Assembly: GCF_018350175.1 (NCBI RefSeq)
Contig: NC_058368.1
Coordinates: 31,932,001-31,996,000, forward strand
Length of the DNA: 64,000 nt
Direction of reading: 5' to 3'
From: Felis catus
Taxonomy: Eukaryota
The first letter of the stretch is position 1. Each line of letters opens with the position of its first letter. Both the position numbers and the translations under genes were made by a program. The notes beneath the pieces were generated by a model. It worked only from the letters and a program-made list of their open reading frames with translations. It made no database searches and was not told the origin of the DNA. This document shows, piece after piece, positions 12,512 through 25,064 of this stretch.

Positions 12512-15500
12512 GGACAACATCTTAATCCGAACTCTGGAGATTAGAGGGACTGAATGAGCTTCCACTGTAAGTGATGTTTCAAGGACTGAGGCAGATTTGG
12601 ATTAGGATGATTCCCTCAGTAGACTGAATTTAAGGCCTAGAAAAACTACAGGAGATCCTAAAATTTTGCCAATTTCTTATTTAAGGATTCAGTTATTACA
12701 TATTTATTGACACTCTCTGATACTACGCCATGTATATGGCTTTTCTTTTATTCCATTTGCAAAGGGGATTGGGATGTTGGATAGAAGGGACCATAGGACA
12801 CATTATTTATTCCCTGATACATGAGGTTTCCTGGGGGAAAGGGGATGGTTACAGAGGTCTGAATGTTGTCTCTACTACTATTCCTACATGTCATAGATTT
12901 GCGATTAATGTGGCTTCACACTCTGTAGAAAACACACAATTTAATAATTGTGTATCAAACATCTAGCTAATATAAAAAAAATGTTTTGAGAAAACATTGG
13001 GAGAAAAATATTTTAGAGAAACAAGCAGAATGTGACAGAAGGAAGAATATAGGCTTTTAGTATGATTTGAACCGGGTTCAAACAGATGGAAGAGTAATTT
13101 AAGAAGTAAAGTTGCATCATTCCTTTGCTTGTCCAGGCATCCCTCCAACCCTCCTCTCTTCCATAATCTAAGTTAGACTAAGTGCTCATAAAGCACCCTG
13201 AAATTCAAAGGTAGCATTTAGGTATCTGCATTCTAGAAAAATCGATCATAGCAGGAAATGTTTCATTTTTTTCTTGTATCCCTTGAATCTCAGTGCCCAG
13301 ACAAGAACCTTGAAACTGCAAAAGAGCTCAGTGGATAATTTGTTCATTGTTAAAATAATCTCATCTCAACTTAGTTTAAAATAGGTAATTTTTATTCTTT
13401 TCAGTTTGTCACTTGCTTATTTAATTTGTGCCTCTTCCCTCTTGAGAGAGAAGTAGGAAGGAAATAAGACAAGTTATGGGATATGTGTAGTCACTTTTCT
13501 CTGTTAGAGGTTCTGAATCAAATTTGAATCTCACACCTCTTTTCTAGGAATGTTACTTGTCCTATCTTCTACATGAACACAAAATTCTGCTAGTAGTTCT
13601 ATGATGGTGATGTAATGTTTAAATATAGCTTCCAGGTGAAATACCACCTCATCAGCGTGGTACATTTTCATGTTGAGAAGGTTTTCTCTTTTCCTGGGAT
13701 TTCTAGAATCCATTCCCAAATGTGTTTGTCAAACACTATTTAACTGGAATATTCTATAGAAGTTTCTCTAGCTTTAAAGTTTTTATTAAAGCTAATAACC
13801 TTTTCAAAACTGAATATCAAAGTACATTTCATCTGTGGGAGAGGAATTTTTCACATATTCTTGCACACTCTAAAAATATAAATTTAAGCTTTGGTATAAT
13901 AATTATGTGTACTATATCACTTTATGTATTACTATTCTGGGATATGTGCACATTTGCCTGAGGGTGTGTATAAGATGGTTAGTGTAAAAACATAAACAAA
14001 GTGGGAGGGTGATACCAAAGCATAAATGAAGAAACATTTAATGGAATGTTCTGCACTTGGTATTCTACTTTGAACAATCTATTTAGTGACAATTACAGAC
14101 TTGAAATCGAGATAGAAAGATATTTCACTGTAGGCAAATTCTAGAAGTAATTGTGTGGGCCGCTTAGAACTGCTGCTGGATCCCCTTCTTGATTAACCAC
14201 TGATGAGAAATTGTTGGTACCTTGTTCTCTCCAGGGGGCCATTTCCTTTGAATTTCATAAGTTCAAAGAAATTCCTATGATTTGATCCATTTTTGAATAT
14301 GAATAAAGCTCCTTATAAGCTTAGTGAGAGATTCATATTAAGTCAGACCTCTCTATAAGAAAAAAAACCCACAAAATTGTCTTACAAGATCTAAACCTTA
14401 AAGCCCAGTTTCTTACTGAATTCTTGATACCTTGGTTGATGTGATCATCACAAATATTTTTTAAGTACTTGAAAAGGTGAACAAAATTTAAAATCTTTTA
14501 TTAGATGCTGCTGGGAAAGCTCTAATTATGAAAACTAATAATTTTCTATATTAGGAAACAAAAGTATGTTTGGTAAAGTGATATTTGTAATTGAAAAAAA
14601 AATGCTCATTTGTTGCTGTGTACGGACTATTTTCAGTTCCATTTACATGAAATCTATAACTCTTAGAACTTTCAGAACCTGAAACCTACAACTTTTAGAA
14701 CTTTTAGAACTTTTAGGACATTGGAAAATAGCTAAATAATTATACTAAAGGCCTAGAAGGAACTAGTTAAGTTTGATAATTTTGGAGTTTGAAAGTGATG
14801 TGTTATAATTTGTTATCAAGAATGGAAAGGTTGGTGCTTCTTTGCTGATAGTTTCGTTATCAGAGTATTATTGAAAGAGCAGTGATAATGCCTAAAACCT
14901 AGTGCCCACACACAAATTTTAAGCCTAACTGATTGGAGTGGGGAATCAATTCTTCAATCTCTGATGGGAATACCAGGTTAAACAAAACCTTTTCTCCCCT
15001 GTTTGATACTTAAGAGCTAGGAATTTTAAGATCTTTATTGGGCTCAGGACACAGAACTGGTTGAAGATTCTGGTAATGTCTCCACTGTAGAATCTCAATA
15101 AAGAAGCTAGAATATTTTACCTTAAGACTTATTTTAAAGGGGTAAATTAAGAGAAACTGTTAAATGCTAAAAGTTTTGAAGCAGTCTTTCAAAAGTGGCT
15201 TCCTTTTTATTGTCGAGCCAAAGATGATTCCTATAACCATCAAATCTAAACATACAGTCCTAAAGGTAGCAAAACAACAGGGATTCTTTAAGCACTATAT
15301 GTGCATTTTATCACTTACTGATTTGAACCGTGATAGCTGTAATAGTTATATGCATACAGTTTCACATAGCCCTTTCACATCATTAGTCAGTGTAATAAAA
15401 AGATATTAAGTTCCAGGGGAAAAAAGGATTAGTAAAATAAATTCCCAAATTTCAAAGAGTTAACAGTTTAACCTGAGATATATGCTAAATATACAAATAT

Positions 15501-17864
15501 AGCTTGGTAAATGTCATGATAGTGTTATATGAGTATGGGTGGAGAGAAAACTTAATTATTTCTGGGGAATATTATTTATTTTATGTGATCCTCCTACTAA
15601 TATGATAAAGGTTCCCTAAAGTTTATTCAAGGCTTTTCTCCCCATATTATCTGCTTTTTCCCTCATGATTTTAAACCTTGACTAGAAACCGATTCCCTCA
15701 CATCATCACTAAAGCATGGTTAAGTGTCTCCCTTCCTAAAATACACATAAAAGTGACTCAGACTCAAGTTCTTGTTCAGCTACTTTGGCACCTCTCTCCT
15801 TTCATGACCACCTACTGTTCTTTTTATTGCTAACTACACTGTCTCCCTCCCGTTTTTCACATTACTTATTCACTCATCACACCCCTCACTGTGGTTTCTG
15901 CTGCCCAACATTTTAGGAAGCTAATGCCTACACCAAAAACAATTTTTTAAAAAAGGAGCTCTGATATGAGAAGCAGTTTGTCCAAAGTCAAATAAATAGC
16001 AGAAGGTAAGCAAGATCTCTGGATTCCAGTGTTGCTTCAGAAAATAATTTATGTGTGAAATAAAAAAGGTACATATTATAATGCAAATCTGTTGAAATTA
16101 AATAAATTGAAAATAATTTGCTTATTTTCAACACATAGCTCTTTGCTCCTGCTCACTGACATATAAACGTATCCATGTAGAAAACATCATGTACATTTAA
16201 ATTTTAACAATACTGATAATTTAAAACATGTCAATAAGAATCAAGCCCATAATCATGTATAAAGCTGTCAACGACTTTTTACTATGCTTAAATTCAGGTC
16301 TTTGTTGTTTACAGTGACCTAGATGACTGTGTTTGTTCACCTTTGCCTTCATCTCTGACCTCAACTCAGGCCACAAGAGGAGAAGAAATACAGGTTGAGT
16401 TCCATGGTAGTTATGTGGAACCAGAACTGACTCCATGTGGCAGCCATTTCTGACCCACTGTGATGGTATAAAAAGTCACTTAGGAAACAAACTCAGATGA
16501 CAAATGGTAAAAAGATAAATTGACTTTTGGATATTAGGATTTTAAGAAACTCTCTATATGCCACAGCATAATATGCTGTTTTGATAGATTAGTGAGCTTG
16601 TAACAGCAATTTTCCCAACTCAGTGCATATGATCGAGGATAGTGATGGCAGCAGTGAGGCTATACCTTATACCCATTCAGGAGAGGTCAATTTCTAACAT
16701 AGCAAATATCCAACAAATACTTGTTGAAAATGAATTAAAAAGTGAATTAATAAAAATTATTTGGTATCCTTGAAATAAGTACAGTTGATTTGGGTGATCA
16801 CAAAATTAAGGTTAGCATAAGAAATTTAAATTATATTTAACTGTATTTCACTAGACAAGACCCAGTTTTAGATTTTGTTTGTCCTAGACAGAATTATCAT
16901 GTGTTCCTTTGGGATTCACCATTAAGTAAAGAATGCTGCTGAGACTACTCTAAAAATTACAGCAAATTATCACAATTAAAGGGGGTACTTTACAAAATAA
17001 TCCGTAAAGTTTATAATCTACCCTTCAGAATTAAAAAAATAATTTTAATAGTAGGTCGTTTTTAAAGCAAAGAGTTATTTAAAGTTAAGTATATTCAGCT
17101 TGAGTTTCTTTTGTGACCTTTCTTTGAGAGCACATCATTTTAGTTTTGTGTGAGGTTTAAAAAAAAAAAAAAGGAAATTGGGATTAGAGATATTATCATG
17201 TATGCAGAGACACCATCGGTAGTCATCTCACAGGTAGGATTGACAGCTGGAAAGAAGGGTGAATAAATGGCAGTTTTTCATTTGAAACTGTCTACTTCTC
17301 TCAAACTATTCATCAAGAACAAGATAAAACATTTTAGGATATTTTTATTTAAGGAGAAATACTTTCTGTGATCTGTGTTCATTACTAAAATGATTGTCAA
17401 ATATAGTAACAAAAATAGAAGGTACTACTGAATCAATGTATATGAATCTGGTTTGGAAAGGTAAGAAAAGGGGTAGAAAATGATAAACAGGGTATCTAAG
17501 AAAGATGGATTCAAGAGTTAGAGCAACTGGTTTGGGAATAGCAGTGTCAATGAGAATTTTTTTTGTGTTTTTGTTAAGCTTGGAAAATATCTATGCAATA
17601 TATTAGAATACCCTTCGATTAATCTTATATAGAAAATTATAATTCCTCAATTATTATAGAAGTATATTTTAATTTTTATATGTTTCAGACTTATTTTAAA
17701 ATCTTATGTAGTTAAAATTATCTGGTTATACTTTGTCATCTTAAGCAGCATTGTGAAATACTGCTATTATTTAAAAATATTCGTTCATTAAGAAGTCATA
17801 TTTTACTCATTTTGATTCTAGTTGAAACAAAAAGTTATAGTGAGATAATGTAGGCACTAGATAT

Positions 17865-18230
17865 TTACTCCATGGTTCAATTTACAGGGTACTCTTCATG
17901 TATATATGCTTTTTTACTCTATAATAACTTTGTGAACTTGAGCTTCATTTTGCAGAAAAGAAAACTGAATGGCATAAGTAATAAGAAAAGGAACTAGATA
18001 TAGAATTGAGAGCTTCTGGCTTGGTAGGTCAAGGATATTCAAATATAGCAAGTTGCAAGGAGTCCTTAATACATGACCTTGATGGTCAGTAAATCAGAGT
18101 TTATAGTTCTGCCATGAATTAACTGTAAACCCTTAAATATTCTAATTAACCTCCTTAGACAGTAGATTCTTCACTTGTAAAATAATAAGATTGGTTTAAA
18201 CATTAGTTCTGATTCCTACTGTCTCTAGAA
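17865..18230. mobile_element. Two MIR relics (minus ~17865-18020, plus ~18085-18230)
   Basis: MIR core motifs cattttgcagaaaagaaaactga and ttcttcacttgtaaaataa. Confidence 0.5.
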
Positions 18231-18796
18231 TTATTCTGTGTGGCTGGGACCCTACCATCTTCATGTACATCTAGTGGGTGTGAGGGCATCCAATATAGTG
18301 ACACATTTCCCCACTTACGTTCTGAAACAACTCAACCAGGTAGGTAAGTAAAGAGCAACACGTCATAATTATTATGTGTGAAGTTTTTGAAAGAGAATAT
18401 GGTTTATATTTGTGGGAAAACAGACCCAAGTGAACACCCTAAGATGGATTATCCACCAATAACTACATTGAATTGGGTCAGCCATTCCCCATTTTCAGAA
18501 ACAGAATTTGCCTCTTATATTATTTCTGCCATAGATGATGGACAGTGAAAACTAAGTCTTCTGTTTTCACGTCCCAGTTAATAAGGGAGGAAATGGAGTA
18601 GGGAGTAAAGCCTTAGATGACTGGAAACTTACTTTCTCATACTCAGCAATTGGATAAATGCTCTCCACCTTTATTGTGTAAAAATGAATGGTAAGAGAAA
18701 AGCCAGAGAGAGATCCTATGTTAACTTCTGTTCTTCCTCTTGAAATGTCGAGTGAAGTATTTTCTTCTTAATATTTTGCTTAGATTGGACCTTAAG

Positions 18797-19433
18797 TTTT
18801 ATATATATATATATATATATAATATATAATATATATTTATATATTTTATATATATATATATATATAAATTATATATATATTTATATAATTTATAAATTAT
18901 ATATATATATTTATATATTTATTTATATTAATTTATATATAAATTATATATTTATATATATATAAATTATATATATATAAAACTCAAACCTAAACAAGTC
19001 TTATATATTTATATATATATATATTAATTATATATATTTATAATATTTATAATTATATTATATATATAATATATATATAATTATATTATATTATATTATA
19101 TTATAATATTTATATTATATATAATATATTTATATATTAATATATATATATTTATATATATTAATTTATATATAAATTATATATTTATATATATAAATTA
19201 TATATAATTAATATATATATTTATATATATTAATTATATATATTTATAATATTTATAATTATATTATATATATAATATATATAATTATATTATATTATAT
19301 TATAATATTTATATTATATTTATAATATATTTATATATATTAATATATATATATTAATTTATATATAAGTTATATATTTATATATATATATAAATTATAT
19401 ATATATATATAAAACTCAAACCTAAACAAGTCT
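18797..19433. repeat. Compound (TA)n / AT-rich minisatellite island
   Basis: ~630 bp almost entirely A/T; contains aaaactcaaacctaaacaagtct twice (18979-19001, 19411-19433). Confidence 0.95.
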
Positions 19434-19748
19434 ATACTTAAATTCATAGAAGAAAGAGTAAAAATCATTGAGTTTTAAAAAAATCAGACTAAATGTACTT
19501 GTTTATCCTATTTCCTTCTTATGGTTTGGTTTTTTTCTATAACAATTTCAATTAAATGTGATGATAGTCAAGGGCCTTCTTCCTTACTTTGAAATTCATT
19601 TTTCTGTTTATCATAATTAGCTAATCTCTCCACATTCACGAAAAATAGTCAATTTTATTACATGTGAGGTATCTAAATGTCTTCTTGTGTGTTTACCAGA
19701 CTTTAAAGATTTACTTGATTTACTAGGTTTTAAAAATTGGTTTTTATA

Positions 19749-19950
19749 GGGGTGCCTGGATGGCTTAGGTAAGCATCCGATTTTGGCTCAGCCCATGATC
19801 TCATGGCTTGTTAGTTTGAGCCCCGTGTCGGGCTCTGTGCTGACAGTTCAGAGCCTGGAACCTGCTTCAGATTCTGTGTCCCTCTCTCACTCTATCCCTC
19901 CCTCACTCATGCTCTGTCTCTCTCTCTCAATAATAAATATTAAAAAAAAT
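19749..19950 (+). mobile_element. CAN-SINE (SINEC, felid type)
   Basis: ggggtgcctggatggct head, gagccccgtgtcgggctctgtgctgacag, CT tract, aataaa, A tail. Confidence 0.93.
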
Positions 19951-20843
19951 TTAAAATAGGTTCCTATAGATTTTTTTCCTTGTGTATGTTAAATTCTTCA
20001 GTTTTGCATATGGATCTTATTACAGGTTTGAAGGAAAAATATAAGTTCTATTTTTCTGATCAATGCTTATTCATCTCTTAAACTATGGAAGATAATCTTG
20101 TATCTTATTCATAGCTTATTATTAATTGGTCTTTTCATAGATCAAAATCCAAGAATTAGGTCATTGCCTTTTTGCTTAGCATGTTAGAGTACAATTCACA
20201 ATACAAAGCTTGGAACTGAAATAATATCTTTCACATTTGTTATTCTCTGATACTGACTTTTAAAATCTCATAGTCTTCTTGCTTATATGAGACAACAGAA
20301 AGTTATTTCCTCCAGAAATTTCTGGTTACTAAAAGAATGAAAATATATATGAGTGGTAGAGCAAATAAGGAAAAGGAGAATTAAGACAACCAAGAAAGTA
20401 ACTATGGATTTTAGAAAAATAAATATATTTCTATAGACACATTTTCTATTTGAGAGTAGAGAATGAAAAATATTTATAAATTACACATAAGTATATAATA
20501 TTGCTAGGAATATAAATATTTCCCCTAATAAAAATATTTATTGAACATACATAATCTTTTAACCACTGTGTTCAAGCATTGCATTCAATATAGTATAGTC
20601 TTGTAATTCAAGGTGGAGGGATAGACACTTGAGATAACAATTTAATATATTGAACTGAACTTTCTAACAGAGGAATACTCAGAATGCTATTGGGCTCAGG
20701 AGATAGATACCTATTCTACCTGAAGTATTAAGTTACGAAAGAGTGGAAGAAATTCAATAAACACTTGCTGTAATAGATTCTTAAAATGAGACTCAAAGAA
20801 AACTAAAAAATGTTGTCTAGACTTGCTGACTAGATAGAGATTA

Positions 20844-20889
20844 GTGTGTGTGTGTGTGTGTGTGTGTGGGTGTGTGTGTGTGTGTGTGT
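20844..20889. repeat. (GT)n microsatellite
   Basis: Direct inspection; one interruption. Confidence 0.97.
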
Positions 20890-21357
20890 ATTGTACAACA
20901 CATAGCTAATGGTACAGCTCAGCTAAATAAGAGTATTTTAAACATCAGGCATTAAAAATAAAGTCTATTTATTGAACACTGGGCTTAACAAAAGGAAAGA
21001 TGGACATGACATCAGTTGTAATTTGGCCTCTTATTTCTCCATGCTACTGAGCCATTCTATTTCATTACAGTATGGCTACTAATGGATTTGATATTAATGA
21101 TCATTCTTGGACTATCATTTAGTAGCTCCAAATCTTATTTTCGAGTCATTTGATTGTTGTTAAGAAGGAGGGAGCCTGGGATTATTGAGTCTACTCTAGA
21201 GCACAGAGATTTTCTCCTATGTTTTCTTCTAGAAATTGTACAGTTTTTAGCCTTTAAATTTGGATATATTTAGAGATTTAAAGTTAATAGTTGTATAATG
21301 ATGTGAAGTAAGTGTTAATGTTCTCTCCCTCTCCTTGGATGTTCAGTATCATTTCTT

Positions 21358-21579
21358 TTTTTTTTTAATGTTTGTTTTTGAAGAAGAGGGAGAGAGAGAG
21401 AGACAGTGTGAGCTGAGGAGGGCAGAGAGAGAGGGAAACAGAATCTGAAGCAGGCTCCAGGCTCTGCACAGAGCAGGCTGTCAGAGCAGAGCCTGATGCG
21501 GGACTTGAACCCAGGAACCATGACATCATGACCTGAGCCGAAGTCAGACACTCAGTTGACTGAGCCACCCAGGTCCCCC
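21358..21579 (-). mobile_element. CAN-SINE (SINEC) nested in L1
   Basis: cagaatctgaagcaggctccaggctctg...tgacctgagccgaagtc...tgagccacccagg. Confidence 0.95.
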
Positions 21580-21580
21580 A

Positions 21581-21681
21581 TTTTTAATTTTTTAAATTTA
21601 TTTTTATTTTATTTTATTTTTTTTATTTTATTTTATTTTATTTTATTTTATTTTATATTACTTTATTTTATTGTATTTTAT
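21581..21681. repeat. (TTTTA)n tract
   Basis: Direct inspection. Confidence 0.9.
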
Positions 21682-23076
21682 TTCAATATCGTTTCTTGAA
21701 ATGATTTCCCTTTTTCAATTTAATTTCTTTAGTATTTTTCTGGAAAATCCTGAAAACATATAATTGGGTCTTTCTCTGGACTCTATTTTGTTCCTTTGAC
21801 TAGTGTCTGTCCTTTTGCCAATACCATGTTGGCTTGATCAGTGTAGCTTTGTAATAATAACTCTTGAAATCACATTATATAAATCTTTTACATCTCATTT
21901 TTCTTCAGACGTTCTTTGTCTATTCTAGGTTATGTACATTTCTATAGAAATTTATATTTAGTTTGTCAATTTCTACATTGAAAAAATGTCTGCCAGAATT
22001 TTTATTGTGATTAAATTGAATCTGTAGATCAATTTGGGGAGAATCGATTTCTTAACCACATTTGTGTCAAATTTGTTAAATATGGCATGCCCCTCCATTT
22101 ATTTAGATTTTCATTATTTTTCTCAGCAGTATCTGTAGTTTTAGTATACTGGACTCAACATCGTTTTTAGTTAACTCCAAGTATTTTGTGCTGAAAATTC
22201 AATATTTAAACTATTATATCATTACAAACTTAACAGTACTTTTACTACAGACTCATACTGATTTATCAGATTTTAACAATGTAAATTCCAACTAAAAGTC
22301 CTGAAATTGCATTAATGTATTTGGTATGAATAGAGTACAATTGAGTTTTTAAATAAGCCCTTTTTTTTCTAACAAAATGTATCAATAAATTTAGATAGAA
22401 ACATCTAAATGTTTCTAAGAATCCATAAATTGACCAAAATAAATAACGAGAGGACATTGTTGAAAGAATAATGGTATCAAGTAATTTGTTCCTTTGCCTT
22501 ATAGTTTTTAACAAGATTTATCTGTAAAAATAAACTATCTCAACTGAAAAAGCAATTGAAATAAATACAACTCAGTAGTAAAATAAATATTTTCTCTTTT
22601 CCTTTTAAAAGTGTTGAACTGTTTGATGATATTTCACTTGCTTCCTTTGGTTTCCATTTATAGTGTTTCAGGAGTTTTAAACTGGATGTATTTGCATTTC
22701 TAAGCTTCCAAACTTCACATAAAGCAGTTGTCATTTTAAAATCAATTATTGTACTTCTATCGCTCACATATACTTGTTTGTTATTTTCTTACTCAGTTAA
22801 ATTTAGGAGTACGTGCTTTCAAGACTGTTTGAATCAAAAACACTAACCTTTTTCTCTTGGCTTTCTTTATTTTTCCCTTTTATTTCAGACAGGCAATTGA
22901 AAAGCATTGTAGTTAGAAGAGGGGAAATTTCACATTCTCACATGGTTCATTAAGTAGGTAACATTTTAGCTTTATGTATGAAACAGAAGGTTTTTGAAAT
23001 AACTTAATTGTGTAGACTAGATAAAATTTATACAATATAATAACCATAAAGGCAGATTTTACACATACAGATAACA

Positions 23077-23091
23077 GCACGCGCGCGCGCG

Positions 23092-23139
<48 letters not shown>
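23077..23139. repeat. (GC)n(CA)n compound microsatellite
   Basis: gcacgcgcgcgcgcgct followed by a long CA run. Confidence 0.97.
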
Positions 23140-23140
<1 letters not shown>

Positions 23141-23989
23141 CTCACCACCACAACCAAACCATTTTTTGGTAAATGTAAATGCTGTTCAGTATTCTAGATA
23201 TTTAATCATTTCAAAAGATAAGGTTACCCCAAATTGGATTTAATTCTGCTTATCTTAGAATGCAGGTTTTGAAGAAATGAAATAAGCCAAAGTTAGCAGC
23301 CTGCCACTGTTTCATCTCTTAACCAGACTGTGGGCTTAGCTCTACATGTCTGACCTTTTGTCTCATATGTTACATCTGCAATTAACGTGGTTCAGTGCAC
23401 CTCTTGTCAGTGGCTGTTAATGAGATTTAAAGCCGTATTTAAAGCCAGCTTAAAAAGCATTCGTGTTATTTGATGGCATTTTTTTCTCTCTGCTTCAGTA
23501 TTATGAGTATTAAAGGAACACACAAATTGATGTTTGGCACAGATGTCAATCAAGCATCTGATATATTACTCCTGTTAAGTATTAGTATATTCCTTATGTT
23601 ACTTGTGGCTGGTGAAGTTTCCTTAGACTAGGGATGTTCTCTTTATAACTGCTATTTGTTTTTTGATGTTTGCCTCAGCCTTATTCATAACATTTAGAGA
23701 TAGATTGGCCTATATTGAGTGTCAAGATCATTTTGAACTATTCCTATGTCAAAAAGGTAGTAAATCCCAAACTAGATACTCTCTGGCAACTACTTTGAAT
23801 TTTCAGTATCCTTAATGTATTAACATATTTGTAGTTTACGAAAATCAGTATTATATTGTACAACTTATAAAATATGGTGCATATGTAATTTGTAGAAAAT
23901 ATAAATCCCCTTTGACTATGTAAAAACTCTTATAAGAAAAGAAAAAGTATTTATTCAATATATATATTTCAGAAATTAGGTAAATACAA

Positions 23990-24420
23990 AAGTTTTATAC
24001 AGTTTTTCTCATCATATTGCCAAAGAGGGTGCAAAGGAAAAATTCTCTCATCCAATTTTAATGGGAAAATAATTTGTTATAAAGATTTTAGGATTGAATT
24101 TTTTAAATATGTATGAGAAAACTAGAAGGTTTTAATAATCTCTCAATCATATACTCCTCTTCACGGCTACATGCTAAATAAGTAATCAAGTTGAAACAAA
24201 AGGCTTATGTACATGTAATATATTGCAGTGTTATTTTACATAACAAAATATTAGAAACTACCTTATTCAAAAGTAAAGTCATAGTTATAGAAGACCGTAC
24301 ATAACTAATACCAGGCACTATTCCATAGATAGGAAAATATGGTTCATATTTAAAAAATAATTAGGACAAATGCTTAAATATTAGAAAGCAAGAAGAAACC
24401 AATTCAAAACTATAAATTTA
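23990..24420 (+). mobile_element. Ancient L1ME-like ORF2 end / 3' UTR
   Basis: atgtacatgtaatatattgcagtgttattttacataacaaaatattagaaactacct; highly diverged. Confidence 0.45.
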
Positions 24421-24828
24421 GTAAACGAGTATACTTGGAGAGATGTTAGATAGCTGGACAGACAAGCAACAAATAGGTAAACCCTATCCATTAACTGTGG
24501 CTAATTATCACTGTTGGATTTATGGGCGACTTCCAATTTTTATACAGTTTATGTGTATACATTTTCTCTATTATATATATGTATAAATATATATATAAAT
24601 ATATAAAAATATATATGTGTATATTACATATAAATGTTCAATAATCATGAAAATAATATATGTTAGATTAAAATTAAACCAAACTAATGCAAAACCTCCT
24701 ACACAACTCTCCCATTTCTAGGGCCAGTTCTAATGAAGTCTGTCTTTTGTTCAAAATAGTGTTATTTTCACTGCTGTGGTTTTTTTCTGGCTACAATAGA
24801 TGTGACTGCTCAATAACAATAAGATGAA

Positions 24829-25064
24829 TTTTTTTAAGTTTATTTATTTTGAGAGAGAGAGAGAGTGTGTGTGAGCAAGGGAGAGGGAGAGACAGAGAGA
24901 GAGAGAGAGAGAGAGGGAGAGACAGAGAGAGAGAGAATCCTAAGCAGGTTCTGCACTGTTAGCACAGTGACTGACACTGGACAAGATCCCATGAGCCATG
25001 AGCTCGTGACCTGAGCCAAAATCAAGAGTCAGATGCTTAACTGACTGAGCCACCCTGGAACCCC
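24829..25064 (-). mobile_element. CAN-SINE (SINEC)
   Basis: taagtttatttattttgagagag...gacctgagccaaaatcaagagtcagatgcttaactgactgagccaccc. Confidence 0.93.

Larger units (their letters stand above)
21205..22190 (-). mobile_element. Old L1 ORF2 3' region, interrupted by a SINE
   Basis: gattttctcctatgttttcttctagaa...tctggactctattttgttcc...gccaataccatg...gaatctgtagatcaatttggggagaat. Confidence 0.8.

Noticed and set aside
12027..12565. 138-aa and 77-aa ORFs
   Set aside because: Coincide with the GC-elevated LTR-like block; no recognisable protein
18979..19433. Repeated 23-mer as a CRISPR-like repeat
   Set aside because: Only two copies separated by low-complexity AT DNA; mammalian sequence, no cas genes
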